Shown here: positions 54,601-64,000 of the stretch, in pieces
Numbering within the stretch: position 1 is the stretch's first letter
Layout of the letters: the number at the start of each line of letters is the position of its first letter
From: a virus
Length of the DNA: 64,000 bases
IMG/VR virus record: IMGVR_UViG_3300027733_000042
Coordinates: 1 to 64,000 of that record
Reading direction: 5' to 3' (one strand)
Made by a program: the position numbers and the translations under genes
Notes under the pieces: generated by a model
The model's database searches: none
What the model saw: only the letters and a program-made list of their open reading frames with translations
Told to the model about the DNA's origin: nothing

Positions 54601-57290
54601 ATATTCCAGACCACACTAAGTACGATTAGTGATAGATTGCCAGTTAATGAGTCATACCCTACCGGTGTGTCAACTTGTGCAATAAAATAATTGTCAGCAT
54701 CGTATTCTATTTTAACCTGCTGTAAATGATTTTGAGAACCATCGTCAAATCCATATGTTACAAGTGTTCCAACATTAAGAGTAATAGAACCACTTAAACT
54801 AGATAATAGTATACTCGTTGTTGAGGTAGCTTGAGTTGCAGGATCTTCAATTTTTGCAGTTCCATTATTAATTACAGAGTATCGAGTATATTTTATGTCT
54901 GCCAGATCTCTCTTTGGTGTTAATAAAGCAAGTCCTTCAGGTATGTAATAATATTGATAAAAATCTATTTCTGGAAAATTTAAGTAATCGCTGCTATAAA
55001 AATCAAAGCTAATATCTTTGATTGGAAATAGTGAAAGTAATCCAAATGCAGGTCTAAATTTCTTGCGCATGATAAAATCAGTGTATGCAATTGCTGGAGA
55101 CTCTGCGTCTTCTAAAACAACTGCACATTTATTGAAATATGCAGAAATTGCGGACTTTATTGTAGACTCAGTAACTGAATTTTCTTCAGTCACTAGATCA
55201 ATATAACTGGAAGTTTTTTTAATCTTTGACCAGCCGGAAGTTGTTTTAATTAGGATATTATTAATTTCCTGATTAATCTTAGCCATGTGTTCACGGTCGA
55301 CAATTAGACGATTACCAGTAACTATAGATCCGCCTTTAAATTGGAACATTGTCCCAACGAGTGACGTCCCGCCAGTTTCATCTAGATCAATAACTGTGTA
55401 CTGTGCAGTAGGTGATGTAAAAGATAATTGGTGAATTGCATCAAACTCTCCAGCAACATTACACTTGATAAAAACGTATGAATCAAACGCATATGCAGTG
55501 AATGTACGATTTCGTGTGCTATTAATTACATCAGCAAGCGCTTTTGCAATTTCATGTTTTAGACCAATCGCGTTAAAATAGAATACATCATGTCCAACAA
55601 CATTATCATAATCAATATATGAATAAAAATCTCCAGGATTAGGCGTTAGTGTATATCCAATTGCTGCTGTATAATAATCATATTTTCCATTAAGGTCAAC
55701 ATTTGTTCCATTTGGATGGTATAATCGAATTTCATCGAGGTGACCAAGATTTGAGTTAATTGTAATAACTGAATGCGAGAACCCAGCAGATTGACTACTA
55801 AACCCAGTGTCTTGTAGAAATAGGTCATGAGATGGGCCAAATAACCTAGCTAAATCAAATTTTGCATCACTTAACGTCAATATACCAGTTCCAATATCTT
55901 TTGCGACAAATCCAAAAACTAGCGGAGTCGCTGTTGTGTTTAGATATGTGAATTGGATATCTGATATCCTAGTGACAAAGTAGCTTCCGGTTAACTCAGT
56001 TAATGTATCTGTAATTTGAACAAGGTCATCTGTATTAAAGCCATGTGGAATATTTGATATTGCAGTTACTGTTGTTCCATCGCAAGTTAATTCAATAAAT
56101 ACTTTTTCTGAATAATTAACAGTATATGGCTGTTCTAGCTTAGGTAAATGTAATTTACCATAGCAATCAGTCACATAATTAAAATACAGAGACTCTGAAT
56201 CTGAAAAAATATCTTCAAACTCAGCCATATTAAAATCAATATTTGTATATGGAACAACTACACCAGTTGAATTTGATTGAACTAGAGTAGTATCATCTGA
56301 TTCTAAATACAGTTTTTTAGTATGCGGAGTATTTGGCCAAGTTCTACGCTCTGCGTAAAGTCTTTCCAGGTCGATATCTAATTTTGATAATTCTAGCGTA
56401 TCCACATATAATCCTAAATAACGATTAAATTCATAATTCTCAGAAGTATCATCGGTAAATATGAAATCAAGATTTAGAATATTTGGGAAAATGACGCCGT
56501 TTCGCTCAAATCCACCAGTAATATTTCCTTCAAAGAATTTTAGAGGAGTTGACTGTTTGTATTGATCGTATAATAATTCGCCTTTACTTCCAAGAATACC
56601 GGAATCAACTATGATTCCATTCCAAGTAGTAAAATCGTCTTCGTTGAATGATACACTTAGTGGGCTTACTGGAAAATTATTACTATTAATATATGAACGA
56701 ATGTATTTACCTGGTTTTGAGGTTTCACTTAGATCAAAGGTTTTAATAATTGTCGCATTCTTAAACAGGTCAATAATAAACTCTGATTTTGATTGACCTG
56801 TTTCAAAATTTTGTTTTGAAAGATCAATCTTTGAATTTAAAGGATCCTTAATTTTTAAGATTACAAAATAATTAGGTATCTCCTTTTTAAGATATAGGGG
56901 AGCAAAATATGAAAGTCGCTCGTCATACTTATTAGATGGAAAATATTTGATTCCACTAAAATAATTAGAAAAATCGTACTGATCTTTAAAATCCTTTGAT
57001 GTTTTAGTAGTGTCGACCTTTTCTGTTAAACCGAAAATAATCTCGTTTGGAGTTTCACCATTTTTAAAGAATTTATGCATATTTCCAGCTAGAGACTGTG
57101 TAGTATCTATTGGAAACCGTGAATAGTCATCTTTTGCAAGTTCAAGATTCGCCTTAATTGAATCTAACCACATATCGCCGGCTTCATTAATTGTTATCTT
57201 AACATTGCCCGTTAATTTTGGATTAGTTCTAACCAGTTGAAAACTCGAATCTGCACTAAGCGGTTTAGTGTATAATAAGTCTTTTGCCAT
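51684..57290 (-). CDS. Very large baseplate/structural protein
   Basis: 1868-aa ORF in the structural operon. Confidence 0.7.
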   Translation of the reverse strand: MAKDLLYTKPLSADSSFQLVRTNPKLTGNVKITINEAGDMWLDSIKANLELAKDDYSRFPIDTTQSLAGNMHKFFKNGETPNEIIFGLTEKVDTTKTSKDFKDQYDFSNYFSGIKYFPSNKYDERLSYFAPLYLKKEIPNYFVILKIKDPLNSKIDLSKQNFETGQSKSEFIIDLFKNATIIKTFDLSETSKPGKYIRSYINSNNFPVSPLSVSFNEDDFTTWNGIIVDSGILGSKGELLYDQYKQSTPLKFFEGNITGGFERNGVIFPNILNLDFIFTDDTSENYEFNRYLGLYVDTLELSKLDIDLERLYAERRTWPNTPHTKKLYLESDDTTLVQSNSTGVVVPYTNIDFNMAEFEDIFSDSESLYFNYVTDCYGKLHLPKLEQPYTVNYSEKVFIELTCDGTTVTAISNIPHGFNTDDLVQITDTLTELTGSYFVTRISDIQFTYLNTTATPLVFGFVAKDIGTGILTLSDAKFDLARLFGPSHDLFLQDTGFSSQSAGFSHSVITINSNLGHLDEIRLYHPNGTNVDLNGKYDYYTAAIGYTLTPNPGDFYSYIDYDNVVGHDVFYFNAIGLKHEIAKALADVINSTRNRTFTAYAFDSYVFIKCNVAGEFDAIHQLSFTSPTAQYTVIDLDETGGTSLVGTMFQFKGGSIVTGNRLIVDREHMAKINQEINNILIKTTSGWSKIKKTSSYIDLVTEENSVTESTIKSAISAYFNKCAVVLEDAESPAIAYTDFIMRKKFRPAFGLLSLFPIKDISFDFYSSDYLNFPEIDFYQYYYIPEGLALLTPKRDLADIKYTRYSVINNGTAKIEDPATQATSTTSILLSSLSGSITLNVGTLVTYGFDDGSQNHLQQVKIEYDADNYFIAQVDTPVGYDSLTGNLSLIVLSVVWNILTPLSSWNIYQVALPGTTINPIIEFTVTQPCYYSNYIGSPIISQTTKFTPGDVLMCPIKDENLELRNFSGFSILKDPTKVIAADSSDEYAIKTKYVNGLTQTEYDFYKENESIDFALRSKIIPYITKWGIKNGLDSRDNPYRLNTEIVFGRNNFSPDHTDRSQNPNNFTHEWFYIESRFNYLDTLATAKQNNYYFDKPLDITKLLSDPNYFIEYFTYTPKFGTDINGEDLDVAPTQFRYSEVFKNIAGQYEAFFKGFKLIFNDVHNSTVFGADGKPVATDSTSRFDGYKFSCVLKPVKEDFFNRDQPPIRFRFIEHTDYKFITLVIELAIGSIDQINSFWKQFIIMGSPVGLSSAKPSVVPPNETFYAGPLIGGDLPFETIYGDYRIQFEQVDGVDVSNLNHTLLYSLKNKKYNSRLDNFSNIKLSSQLAISVAGTNGVNFVAGPPVSGTIKSTQIPSISNYPASLADEFTPISNLGLVAMRNSASGIFYIIDQTNSAFAPQNSNPIDSAIDDRLNFSLDDILGGADLSLVTPISLPPFTSIFQNLPLPSGFTVVVRNYFTFFVIGGGKNYFEKLLQKLSFSKFKQYLNTLDPIIEFESYSLDINGVSQLSPDPKFYLEIPDVANVENTSQIIINSDIDVPTQFSFNNEIGYQYEQAKLNNIVELNRYPGGYEPITHDVLYCKSNFKFFKNKINDLPLSNTRLNTQIDNLLTLANFNHIKVANTKILDLESDPAHLPIYPKIGEVAIGQAPHFLLNSNWDWGFHHRYSSKTEYSAASGAVRVEEDENFLGKILTVPETLYLTQFNIVMLTDSQKLSDVDLTQIEIVAKEGTSSLDGFINLNNAITNYLIADGIEQKFNDYLVNSNEFIGNYVTIQEYVKDYIKLNILKLYNTDTIEFFSKRNASLFSTKTVQNSNPISFVFLDDIQRKALGYAEFKNVQINKTDRLILSFSIPKSTAAGQDISPKIKIKFI

Positions 57291-57294
57291 CTAT

Positions 57295-60200
57295 TTAGAA
57301 TGTGCTAATTTTTCCTTTTCCTTGAACTAGCGGAGCATCTAATGATGTTTCTTTAGTGTATTGTGCGCTTACTTCAAGGTCAAATGAAAAAGGAACGTCG
57401 TTTTTAATATTAATATCGAGTCCAATCTTCTTCTGATATTTTATATTGTTTAATGTGCCCGCGGTTCTATAACCACCAACATATCCTAGTCTATCAGAAC
57501 ATCTGAATTGAAATAGAACTGGAATATTGAATGCATTTTCAGAGCCAACTTTTACTTGACTCACAGATCTTGCTGGGAAATTTCCTTGTACTGATACGGA
57601 TTCGTAATCTTGTGGGAATAAGTATAAGTATGCACCACAGGTATATTTACCAATTAGATATTCATCATTTGGAGTAAATCCTAATTTGACAGGATATTGA
57701 TTATCCTCCAGGGTAGTATTATCAGTAGGAGGTGCTGGAGCAATTCGAGTTGCTTGTTTATAATATTTTATGCCAAACGCATTAATATCTTCCTGTACAG
57801 ATGTTTCAAAATGTATTGCATGGGCAAATGGTAGGGTTTGTTGTGGAGCAGTTGTATCAACTGCTGTTGGTATAGCTGACGCAAACACAGGTCTAAAAAC
57901 AGACGACATAAGACCAGGACCAGGATATGCAAAACTTGCACCTAATGATTTAAGATATGGATGATCTTTGCTGATACAAAACTCCGTTAGAAATCCTCCG
58001 CCAACACCGCTTGTGCTAGTGTCAGTTGTTCCATTCCAAACTTTGCTATTTGCCGTTGCAGTAAATGTAACATTTTGTGGATCAAACGGTAAATAATGTG
58101 CCCAGTTTACTGGAACATGTGGTGTTGTCCCAATTGTTATACCGACACGATAATCATACGTTGCAGAATACTGAGATATTAGATCTACTGCTGGTTTGCT
58201 TGGTGAATATACTTCTTCAGAAAGTCCATAATTTCGGATACGACTTGTTAACCATTGACTCTTAACTTGTGTTGATTGCTGACTTGCAATTTGTTTAACA
58301 TTACCAATAATTGGAGTTACATTTTTGTTTACTCCGACTGGAACTAAGTCATATCTACGATTTAAGTGATAGTCACTATCTGGATTGGCAACTGGATCAG
58401 ATGATGTTGCAGTTTCATCAATTCCACCAAATAAGAATGACATTAATTCTAAGGTCGTCGCTGATGTATTTTGAATTGAAATAACGTATTGTTTTGTAAT
58501 AATACGACCTTCATTATAAACAGTTGTTCCACCAGTTGTGTCTTTAATAAGATCACGGTAATATCCAGCAAAAAGATTAATTGTATCTCCATTTGAAACA
58601 TCTGTTGTGTTTCCATTAGGATCAATAATACTTACTTTAATTACACCAGAATCTAGTGCAATTGATTGTTGTACGCTATCTAATGTCGTTTTGATCGATT
58701 TTAACTGGTCATAAAGATTAATTACGGCACCTTGAGTTGTATAGAATCCGCTGGCGATGTCCTCTGCTAGGTGGGCAAAGAATTTCTCACCAGTTGTAAA
58801 TTGATTTGCAAGGTGAGTATCAAGTCCTCGAGCAATGAGACCTTTTTCAAAGTCGATTTTCGTCTTATCAGCAAATGCTTTTTGAGTAAGAACCGAAGAT
58901 TCTTCTTCAGAAGAAACACTTTCTGGAAAAGGTATTTGTACTGCGTTTGACCAATCAGACTCGGCAGCATTATCTGGCCATCCAGCTTCAGAAAGAGATT
59001 TAACTTGTATTTCTACAATTTCTCCCTTACGAATTGTAATATCTAATTGATTTGAGTTTACAACGTCTGAATCAGAAACGTTTTCAACGTCCCAAGTATA
59101 TAAACCAGTCGTTGTATCTAAACTCTTGGTTCTAGGCTTAGATAATTTTTCTGTCCATGGAGAAAATGATGCAGAACGTTTAGTTCCATCAGTTTCAACA
59201 AACGTATGTTGCTGAGCGGTTGGCTGATTTCCAGCTTGACTTAAATAACGATATCGATATTTAAACTGTACAACCGTTTGGTCACCATATGTTGACTTAA
59301 CTGGGTCAGGAATCTGCCAGAATCCACGAACACTGTACTTTTTAGGAACAATGAATTGTGGAGTAGTTGAGATTTGAAGAGTAAGGTTAGTAACAACAGT
59401 TGATAAACTAACTGTTTTTTCATCTCTAGTCTTCTGAACCTCAGTTAATTGTTTTTTAAGACGTTTTGCTTCTTGATCAGTTTTTGCAGTCGTTGTGATA
59501 TTTGCTTTAATATCATCGATCTTCTTGTTTAATTCCTGAATCTCTTTCTCAGTCGTAGCTTTTTCTTTAATTGTATTTTGAACCTGAGTTACGTTTTTAT
59601 CGTCTTGAATATGTTGATCTGTCTGAACAACTGTGAAGTTTGCAGCAGATAATGTTGGAGCAGTCGGTTTATTTGCAACAATCGCAGGTAACTTACGCTC
59701 TTTTGCCATATTAAGGAGAATTAATCCAAAATCGGCAACGAAATTTGTATAGTAATTGGCTAAGGTTGCTGTTGTATTATCTGGTAATGGGATAGTTAAG
59801 TCATTTGTATAAACGGCTACTCCATTCGAATAATCATCAACTGTTAAATTTTTAGCCTTGCTAATTGGGCGAATGAATACTACTTGACGTTCATTAAATC
59901 CTACATTAACTTGTAATTCAGGAGCACGATACGGTGCTGGTTTTATTCTAAGAATACTTGCACCAATTGTAATTGGGTCAATTCCAAAGATTCTTTCAAG
60001 AACGACTTCAGTGTCTGTTTTATTAACAGTTATTACTTTATATTCTGAATCATTATTCGTGATTAAGATATCTCCTTCGGATAAGAGTTTACTGTTTTTA
60101 ACTCCAGAAAGAACATCAGTATAATTTAAAGTATTGATTTTATAACGACGACGAACTACTGTAACCGTTTGATCAGTTAGTGCCTGATCTACCGTTTCTT

Positions 60201-60876
60201 CAAGAACACGCAGTACATCAAATGATCCTTTGAATCGATTTATGGCAATTTGAACATCAACTACATTATCATCTTCAAAATAATCAATTGAGTTTGTGTC
60301 TAAATCTGTTTTTAAAGCATCGTAATTAATATTGTTTTTGCCTTTATAATTCGTATCAAAGAAAGCAGCAATATCATCGTTATTTACTGCATTAACAATA
60401 AGCCTCTTTACAACGAAACTGTCAATATCATCAGTTAAAATGTCTGAAATATTTAAGTTTACATAAAGTAATGGATTTAGGAATGATTCAAAGAACCAGT
60501 TATTCTTAACTCCAAATTCAGTAGGTAGAGCAAGTGCTAAATTTTGAACACTTTCTAATTCTTGTAAAAGTTGAGAAGTTTTCTTTAATTCAAATTTTCG
60601 AACTTCACCATTTGCTGATTTGATTCCAATAACATCACTATTTGTTGAAAGAAGAGTCTCAAAGCGAGTATCAATATCTTCAATTTTTCCTTTTAAATAA
60701 CCGAATGATGGGACGTTAATTGAGTATGTTGAACCATCGTTTTTAGTTTGGTTAACATTTACGTTTTCTGATTTCGATTCAAGAATATTCTGTAAACTGT
60801 ACAGAAAGCTATTCATGTTGTCGATATCAACAACGAGTCTTTTTAAAACATCGGATAGTGTATGTTTGACTTCCAT
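57295..60876 (-). CDS. Large structural protein with a central coiled coil
   Basis: 1193-aa ORF. FN3-like IQVKSLSEAGWP..SDWS. Confidence 0.7.
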   Translation of the reverse strand: MEVKHTLSDVLKRLVVDIDNMNSFLYSLQNILESKSENVNVNQTKNDGSTYSINVPSFGYLKGKIEDIDTRFETLLSTNSDVIGIKSANGEVRKFELKKTSQLLQELESVQNLALALPTEFGVKNNWFFESFLNPLLYVNLNISDILTDDIDSFVVKRLIVNAVNNDDIAAFFDTNYKGKNNINYDALKTDLDTNSIDYFEDDNVVDVQIAINRFKGSFDVLRVLEETVDQALTDQTVTVVRRRYKINTLNYTDVLSGVKNSKLLSEGDILITNNDSEYKVITVNKTDTEVVLERIFGIDPITIGASILRIKPAPYRAPELQVNVGFNERQVVFIRPISKAKNLTVDDYSNGVAVYTNDLTIPLPDNTTATLANYYTNFVADFGLILLNMAKERKLPAIVANKPTAPTLSAANFTVVQTDQHIQDDKNVTQVQNTIKEKATTEKEIQELNKKIDDIKANITTTAKTDQEAKRLKKQLTEVQKTRDEKTVSLSTVVTNLTLQISTTPQFIVPKKYSVRGFWQIPDPVKSTYGDQTVVQFKYRYRYLSQAGNQPTAQQHTFVETDGTKRSASFSPWTEKLSKPRTKSLDTTTGLYTWDVENVSDSDVVNSNQLDITIRKGEIVEIQVKSLSEAGWPDNAAESDWSNAVQIPFPESVSSEEESSVLTQKAFADKTKIDFEKGLIARGLDTHLANQFTTGEKFFAHLAEDIASGFYTTQGAVINLYDQLKSIKTTLDSVQQSIALDSGVIKVSIIDPNGNTTDVSNGDTINLFAGYYRDLIKDTTGGTTVYNEGRIITKQYVISIQNTSATTLELMSFLFGGIDETATSSDPVANPDSDYHLNRRYDLVPVGVNKNVTPIIGNVKQIASQQSTQVKSQWLTSRIRNYGLSEEVYSPSKPAVDLISQYSATYDYRVGITIGTTPHVPVNWAHYLPFDPQNVTFTATANSKVWNGTTDTSTSGVGGGFLTEFCISKDHPYLKSLGASFAYPGPGLMSSVFRPVFASAIPTAVDTTAPQQTLPFAHAIHFETSVQEDINAFGIKYYKQATRIAPAPPTDNTTLEDNQYPVKLGFTPNDEYLIGKYTCGAYLYLFPQDYESVSVQGNFPARSVSQVKVGSENAFNIPVLFQFRCSDRLGYVGGYRTAGTLNNIKYQKKIGLDINIKNDVPFSFDLEVSAQYTKETSLDAPLVQGKGKISTF

Positions 60877-60884
60877 TTAGTGTA

Positions 60885-62987
60885 TTATCTTATTTTATCA
60901 ATTCTGAATGTGAGCAAGTTTTCGTCAGTACAAATGATATCGAAAATTGGTTTGTTGTCCGATGGTACAAAATCACTATCGTTTAAAAGAGCGATTGAAA
61001 CTCCATATGCACCTAAATTCATTTTATTTGTAGCATCGGTGTATAGTTTAATATTATATACATCAGTTACTAACTCGTCATCAATTACTAATCGTAAGCT
61101 TTGACCTTTTTTCCAAGCGACAGTTGAGTCATTTATGAAAATTTGAAGGTCTCGTGTTAGAACTATTTGATTACCGCCATTTGTATGCGCAATATAATTT
61201 GTAAAATTGCTTAACTCAATTACATTGTTTGTAAAAATATTCGTAATTGATGTGTTTGATATATTATACTGCTGATTTCCATTAACGATTCGAATTCTAT
61301 TTGGAGTTCGACGATCAATTGTAATTCCTTCACCTGGGCGAACTGTATCTAAGTCGTATGAAATAGTAATATTTGAGGTTCCATTAAGTATGCTATCAAC
61401 TCTATCATTAACACTAGTAATGAGTTGCATCATACTATTTGTATTATCAAAAATTGCAGAATTTGCAGCAAGAGCAGTCTCAATATTTGAGATACGAATT
61501 TTTAATTCATTTTGATCTTGTGTATTAATTAACAAGTCTTTTAATCCTTCTACACTCTGACTTAATTGGTCAAGTTCTAATAACTTATCGTTATATTTTG
61601 TTTGTAATTGTTTGAACTGTGTTAGAACATCTGTAAATAATTCTAGGGAGAATGTAGAGTAGTCATTGATTGAACGTTCAATTAGGACATCTTCAATTGA
61701 AGTGTCAAGTTTAAGGTTCATCTTAAATGCAAACGCATTACCATTGATCTTATTTAATGGATCTGGCTTGAACTTTTGAATCACTGGGATTTGAAATTCA
61801 AGGCCGCTTTGTTGTATTCTATCTAAGAAAAGGACTCCATATAAATTGGTTCGGATATCTAATGGTAAACCATTTGAATCTAAATTATTTGGGTCATATG
61901 TATCATAATAAATTAGGATTGCATTAAATTCAAAATCTCTATTTGCAACGTAATCGTTAAATTGTGCAAATACTTTTATTTCTGGATTCTCACTTGCTAG
62001 TTTATAGTTGGCTAAGTCAAAATCTAGTGAAATACCATCTAAACTTGTTCGTAAATATTCAACTGTGCGTAATCCAAAGTGTTTAGAAATTACCTTATCT
62101 GCCGCAATATTATATGCTCCAGTAGTATTGTAATTATCTGTGTAATATGCATTTCGGATAGTCTGAGTAAACCAATTTCCTGGAATATATGTTCCAGCAA
62201 TAGTGTCTTTGATTTGAGCAAAAACACTTGCATCATCTAAGTCATATGACGCTTTCATTGAAAGTCCAAATGGATGAGTTTCATTGTATTTTCTACCCGA
62301 TAAGTACTCGATATTTAAAGGATCTGCTGCATTATTTGCAACAGTCATGTTTGGGAAGTAGTTTGCATCGGTAACTGACTTGAAAAGAACATGTGGAGTA
62401 GTTCCTACATTTGTTGGAACGTGAACATAAACTTCAGTATATGAATTGTCTTTTGATTTTAGTGAATTGACAACATCAATATCTGCAATATATTTTACTA
62501 TTCGATTATATGTTGAGTTAGTTTCTGGTTTTTCAACAAATCTGGATTCAGTGCCTAGAGTTGTTGTATTTTTCTCGATTGCATTTGCATCTTGGAAACG
62601 AATTGCTCCAAGTTCTTTTAACCATTTCCAAAATACACGTTCGCCGACTGTTAATTTTTCTTCTCTCTTATATTGAGGTCTGCTTAATAATAATGCTTCA
62701 AAATTAAGTGCATAGTTCTGAAAACTTTCTGCAAGATTAACATTCTCATCAACATGGATTCCATCAATCATATTAGACTCACCTTGAGCTAAAAATTGAA
62801 TTTTATTATCTGTTGCAAGAGTGTTTGGAGTACCAATTTCTGGTATTCTTAATAGAGCGAACTTTGAGAAACGCACAGCATTTTCACTGTTACTTATCGT
62901 AACATTGATGTCTTCCAGAGCACTTTGAAAGTTATAGAAGATACCCTTCTTATTCTGTACTGGTTTAATTAATGGAGTAACTGCCAT
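60885..62987 (-). CDS. Structural (baseplate wedge-like) protein
   Basis: 700-aa ORF. FEFNAILIYYD..NLYGVLFL. Confidence 0.7.
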   Translation of the reverse strand: MAVTPLIKPVQNKKGIFYNFQSALEDINVTISNSENAVRFSKFALLRIPEIGTPNTLATDNKIQFLAQGESNMIDGIHVDENVNLAESFQNYALNFEALLLSRPQYKREEKLTVGERVFWKWLKELGAIRFQDANAIEKNTTTLGTESRFVEKPETNSTYNRIVKYIADIDVVNSLKSKDNSYTEVYVHVPTNVGTTPHVLFKSVTDANYFPNMTVANNAADPLNIEYLSGRKYNETHPFGLSMKASYDLDDASVFAQIKDTIAGTYIPGNWFTQTIRNAYYTDNYNTTGAYNIAADKVISKHFGLRTVEYLRTSLDGISLDFDLANYKLASENPEIKVFAQFNDYVANRDFEFNAILIYYDTYDPNNLDSNGLPLDIRTNLYGVLFLDRIQQSGLEFQIPVIQKFKPDPLNKINGNAFAFKMNLKLDTSIEDVLIERSINDYSTFSLELFTDVLTQFKQLQTKYNDKLLELDQLSQSVEGLKDLLINTQDQNELKIRISNIETALAANSAIFDNTNSMMQLITSVNDRVDSILNGTSNITISYDLDTVRPGEGITIDRRTPNRIRIVNGNQQYNISNTSITNIFTNNVIELSNFTNYIAHTNGGNQIVLTRDLQIFINDSTVAWKKGQSLRLVIDDELVTDVYNIKLYTDATNKMNLGAYGVSIALLNDSDFVPSDNKPIFDIICTDENLLTFRIDKIR

Positions 62988-63010
62988 TTAACCTATTGAT
63001 TTTTTATGGA

Positions 63011-63982
63011 TTAAAAGAATTCCATACCTACTGTGCTAGTAACAATTAGACGATCGTTTGTATTCTGGTCAAGAATATAAAGGAATGATGCATTGTTTCC
63101 ATAAGGAGATATGATATTGCTATTTAATACTGGTGTTGCGCTTATTGGATTGACTCCTAAGTCATACGATCCGTTATGTATGTATACTGGAACTGGCACA
63201 GGTAGGGCGCTTAGGTTTTGACCTCCACGAATAACGACTGGCATTGTGTTTCCATTAACAGCAGTTAAAATACTGGTCGATGTGATATTTTCGACAACAT
63301 CAACAAATGAAATTGTAAATGTACTATTTTGTGCTGGTGGATTCACTGCATCAAAATCAACATATAACACAAATTTTGTGATACCTGCAGCAAATGCACT
63401 AATTCCGTCATACACAAAACCTAGGTTTGGTGCAGTAACGACGCTAAGCTTAACTAAGATATTTTTCTTTGATCCGCTAGTTAATGTGATTCGAGCTTCC
63501 GCGGTAGTTCCCATGTTAGTTAGGGTTGCAGTAACCGTTTCTTTTGATTCGATTAATTGTGCATCAAATTCGAAAGAACTTGTCATTTTTGCAGGACCAT
63601 TTGATACTAATGCATCATTTACAGTCACTGAATTTGCAATAATTGTATCTGCATCGATCTCGATATTAACATTGATTTTATCAACTGTAAATACTGACTG
63701 TGTACTTGAATTTTTTTCAAGTCTTGCAATAATCTGATTTGGTGTTCCAGTTTGGAAAATCAAGCCAGTGTCTTGGATAATAACATTTTTTGTCTTGATT
63801 GAATTAATCGCGTTGTCTGTACCAATTGATATAGCAGTCAAGTCAATCTCCAATAAGTTAATTAGATCCTCTAATTTGTCCTTAAGTAACAAACTATTTG
63901 CATTGCTAATAGATGCGATATCTGTAACAAAGTTTGTTAAGAGAATTTCTTGAATCGGTAACGAAACAGGTGTAAATGCCAT
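63011..63982 (-). CDS. Putative structural/fibre-associated protein
   Basis: 323-aa beta-rich ORF. Confidence 0.7.
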   Translation of the reverse strand: MAFTPVSLPIQEILLTNFVTDIASISNANSLLLKDKLEDLINLLEIDLTAISIGTDNAINSIKTKNVIIQDTGLIFQTGTPNQIIARLEKNSSTQSVFTVDKINVNIEIDADTIIANSVTVNDALVSNGPAKMTSSFEFDAQLIESKETVTATLTNMGTTAEARITLTSGSKKNILVKLSVVTAPNLGFVYDGISAFAAGITKFVLYVDFDAVNPPAQNSTFTISFVDVVENITSTSILTAVNGNTMPVVIRGGQNLSALPVPVPVYIHNGSYDLGVNPISATPVLNSNIISPYGNNASFLYILDQNTNDRLIVTSTVGMEFF

Positions 63983-64000
63983 GTTCTTTGAATTATTTTA

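Noticed and set aside
1-64000. Genome-wide TAG reassignment (genetic code 15)
   Set aside because: Long genes are unbroken in code 11, and several genes end at TAG abutting the next gene (e.g. 7220, 12617). Only one in-frame TAG was seen.

Overview
AT-rich window from a large T4-like (myovirus) jumbo phage, very probably infecting Bacteroidota. Host evidence: a phage-encoded ribosomal protein bS21, a DUF4494-like gene, TTTG-N20-TAnnTTTG promoters and A-rich leaders without Shine-Dalgarno sites. The right two thirds is a virion morphogenesis region (terminase, baseplate, neck/tail completion, fibres, a sigma factor) that also carries a tmRNA. The left end is accessory. (1) 38-3044 is an RNA quality-control operon: a Ro60/Rsr (TROVE-vWA) gene, two related Y-RNA-like ncRNAs (one with a circularly permuted tRNA module), an aberrant tRNA-like RNA and three tRNAs. 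All of it lies behind a 28-codon leader peptide whose stop codon overlaps an antiterminator, i.e. an apparent translation-stress attenuator. This is the best candidate for an undescribed system. (2) 4063-5713 is a two-target diversity-generating retroelement with a 58-nt TR and strictly adenine-specific variation, now decaying (RT truncated, one target with an in-frame TAG). Also seen: a probable -1 frameshift on A9 adding an unannotated 85-aa domain, a shared T4-like capsid-targeting peptide on many enzymes, annexin-like repeats in a probable ejected protein, and a glycosyltransferase/MBD4-like/FkbM DNA-modification cassette. All protein family calls are by-eye motif recognition; no database searches were run.
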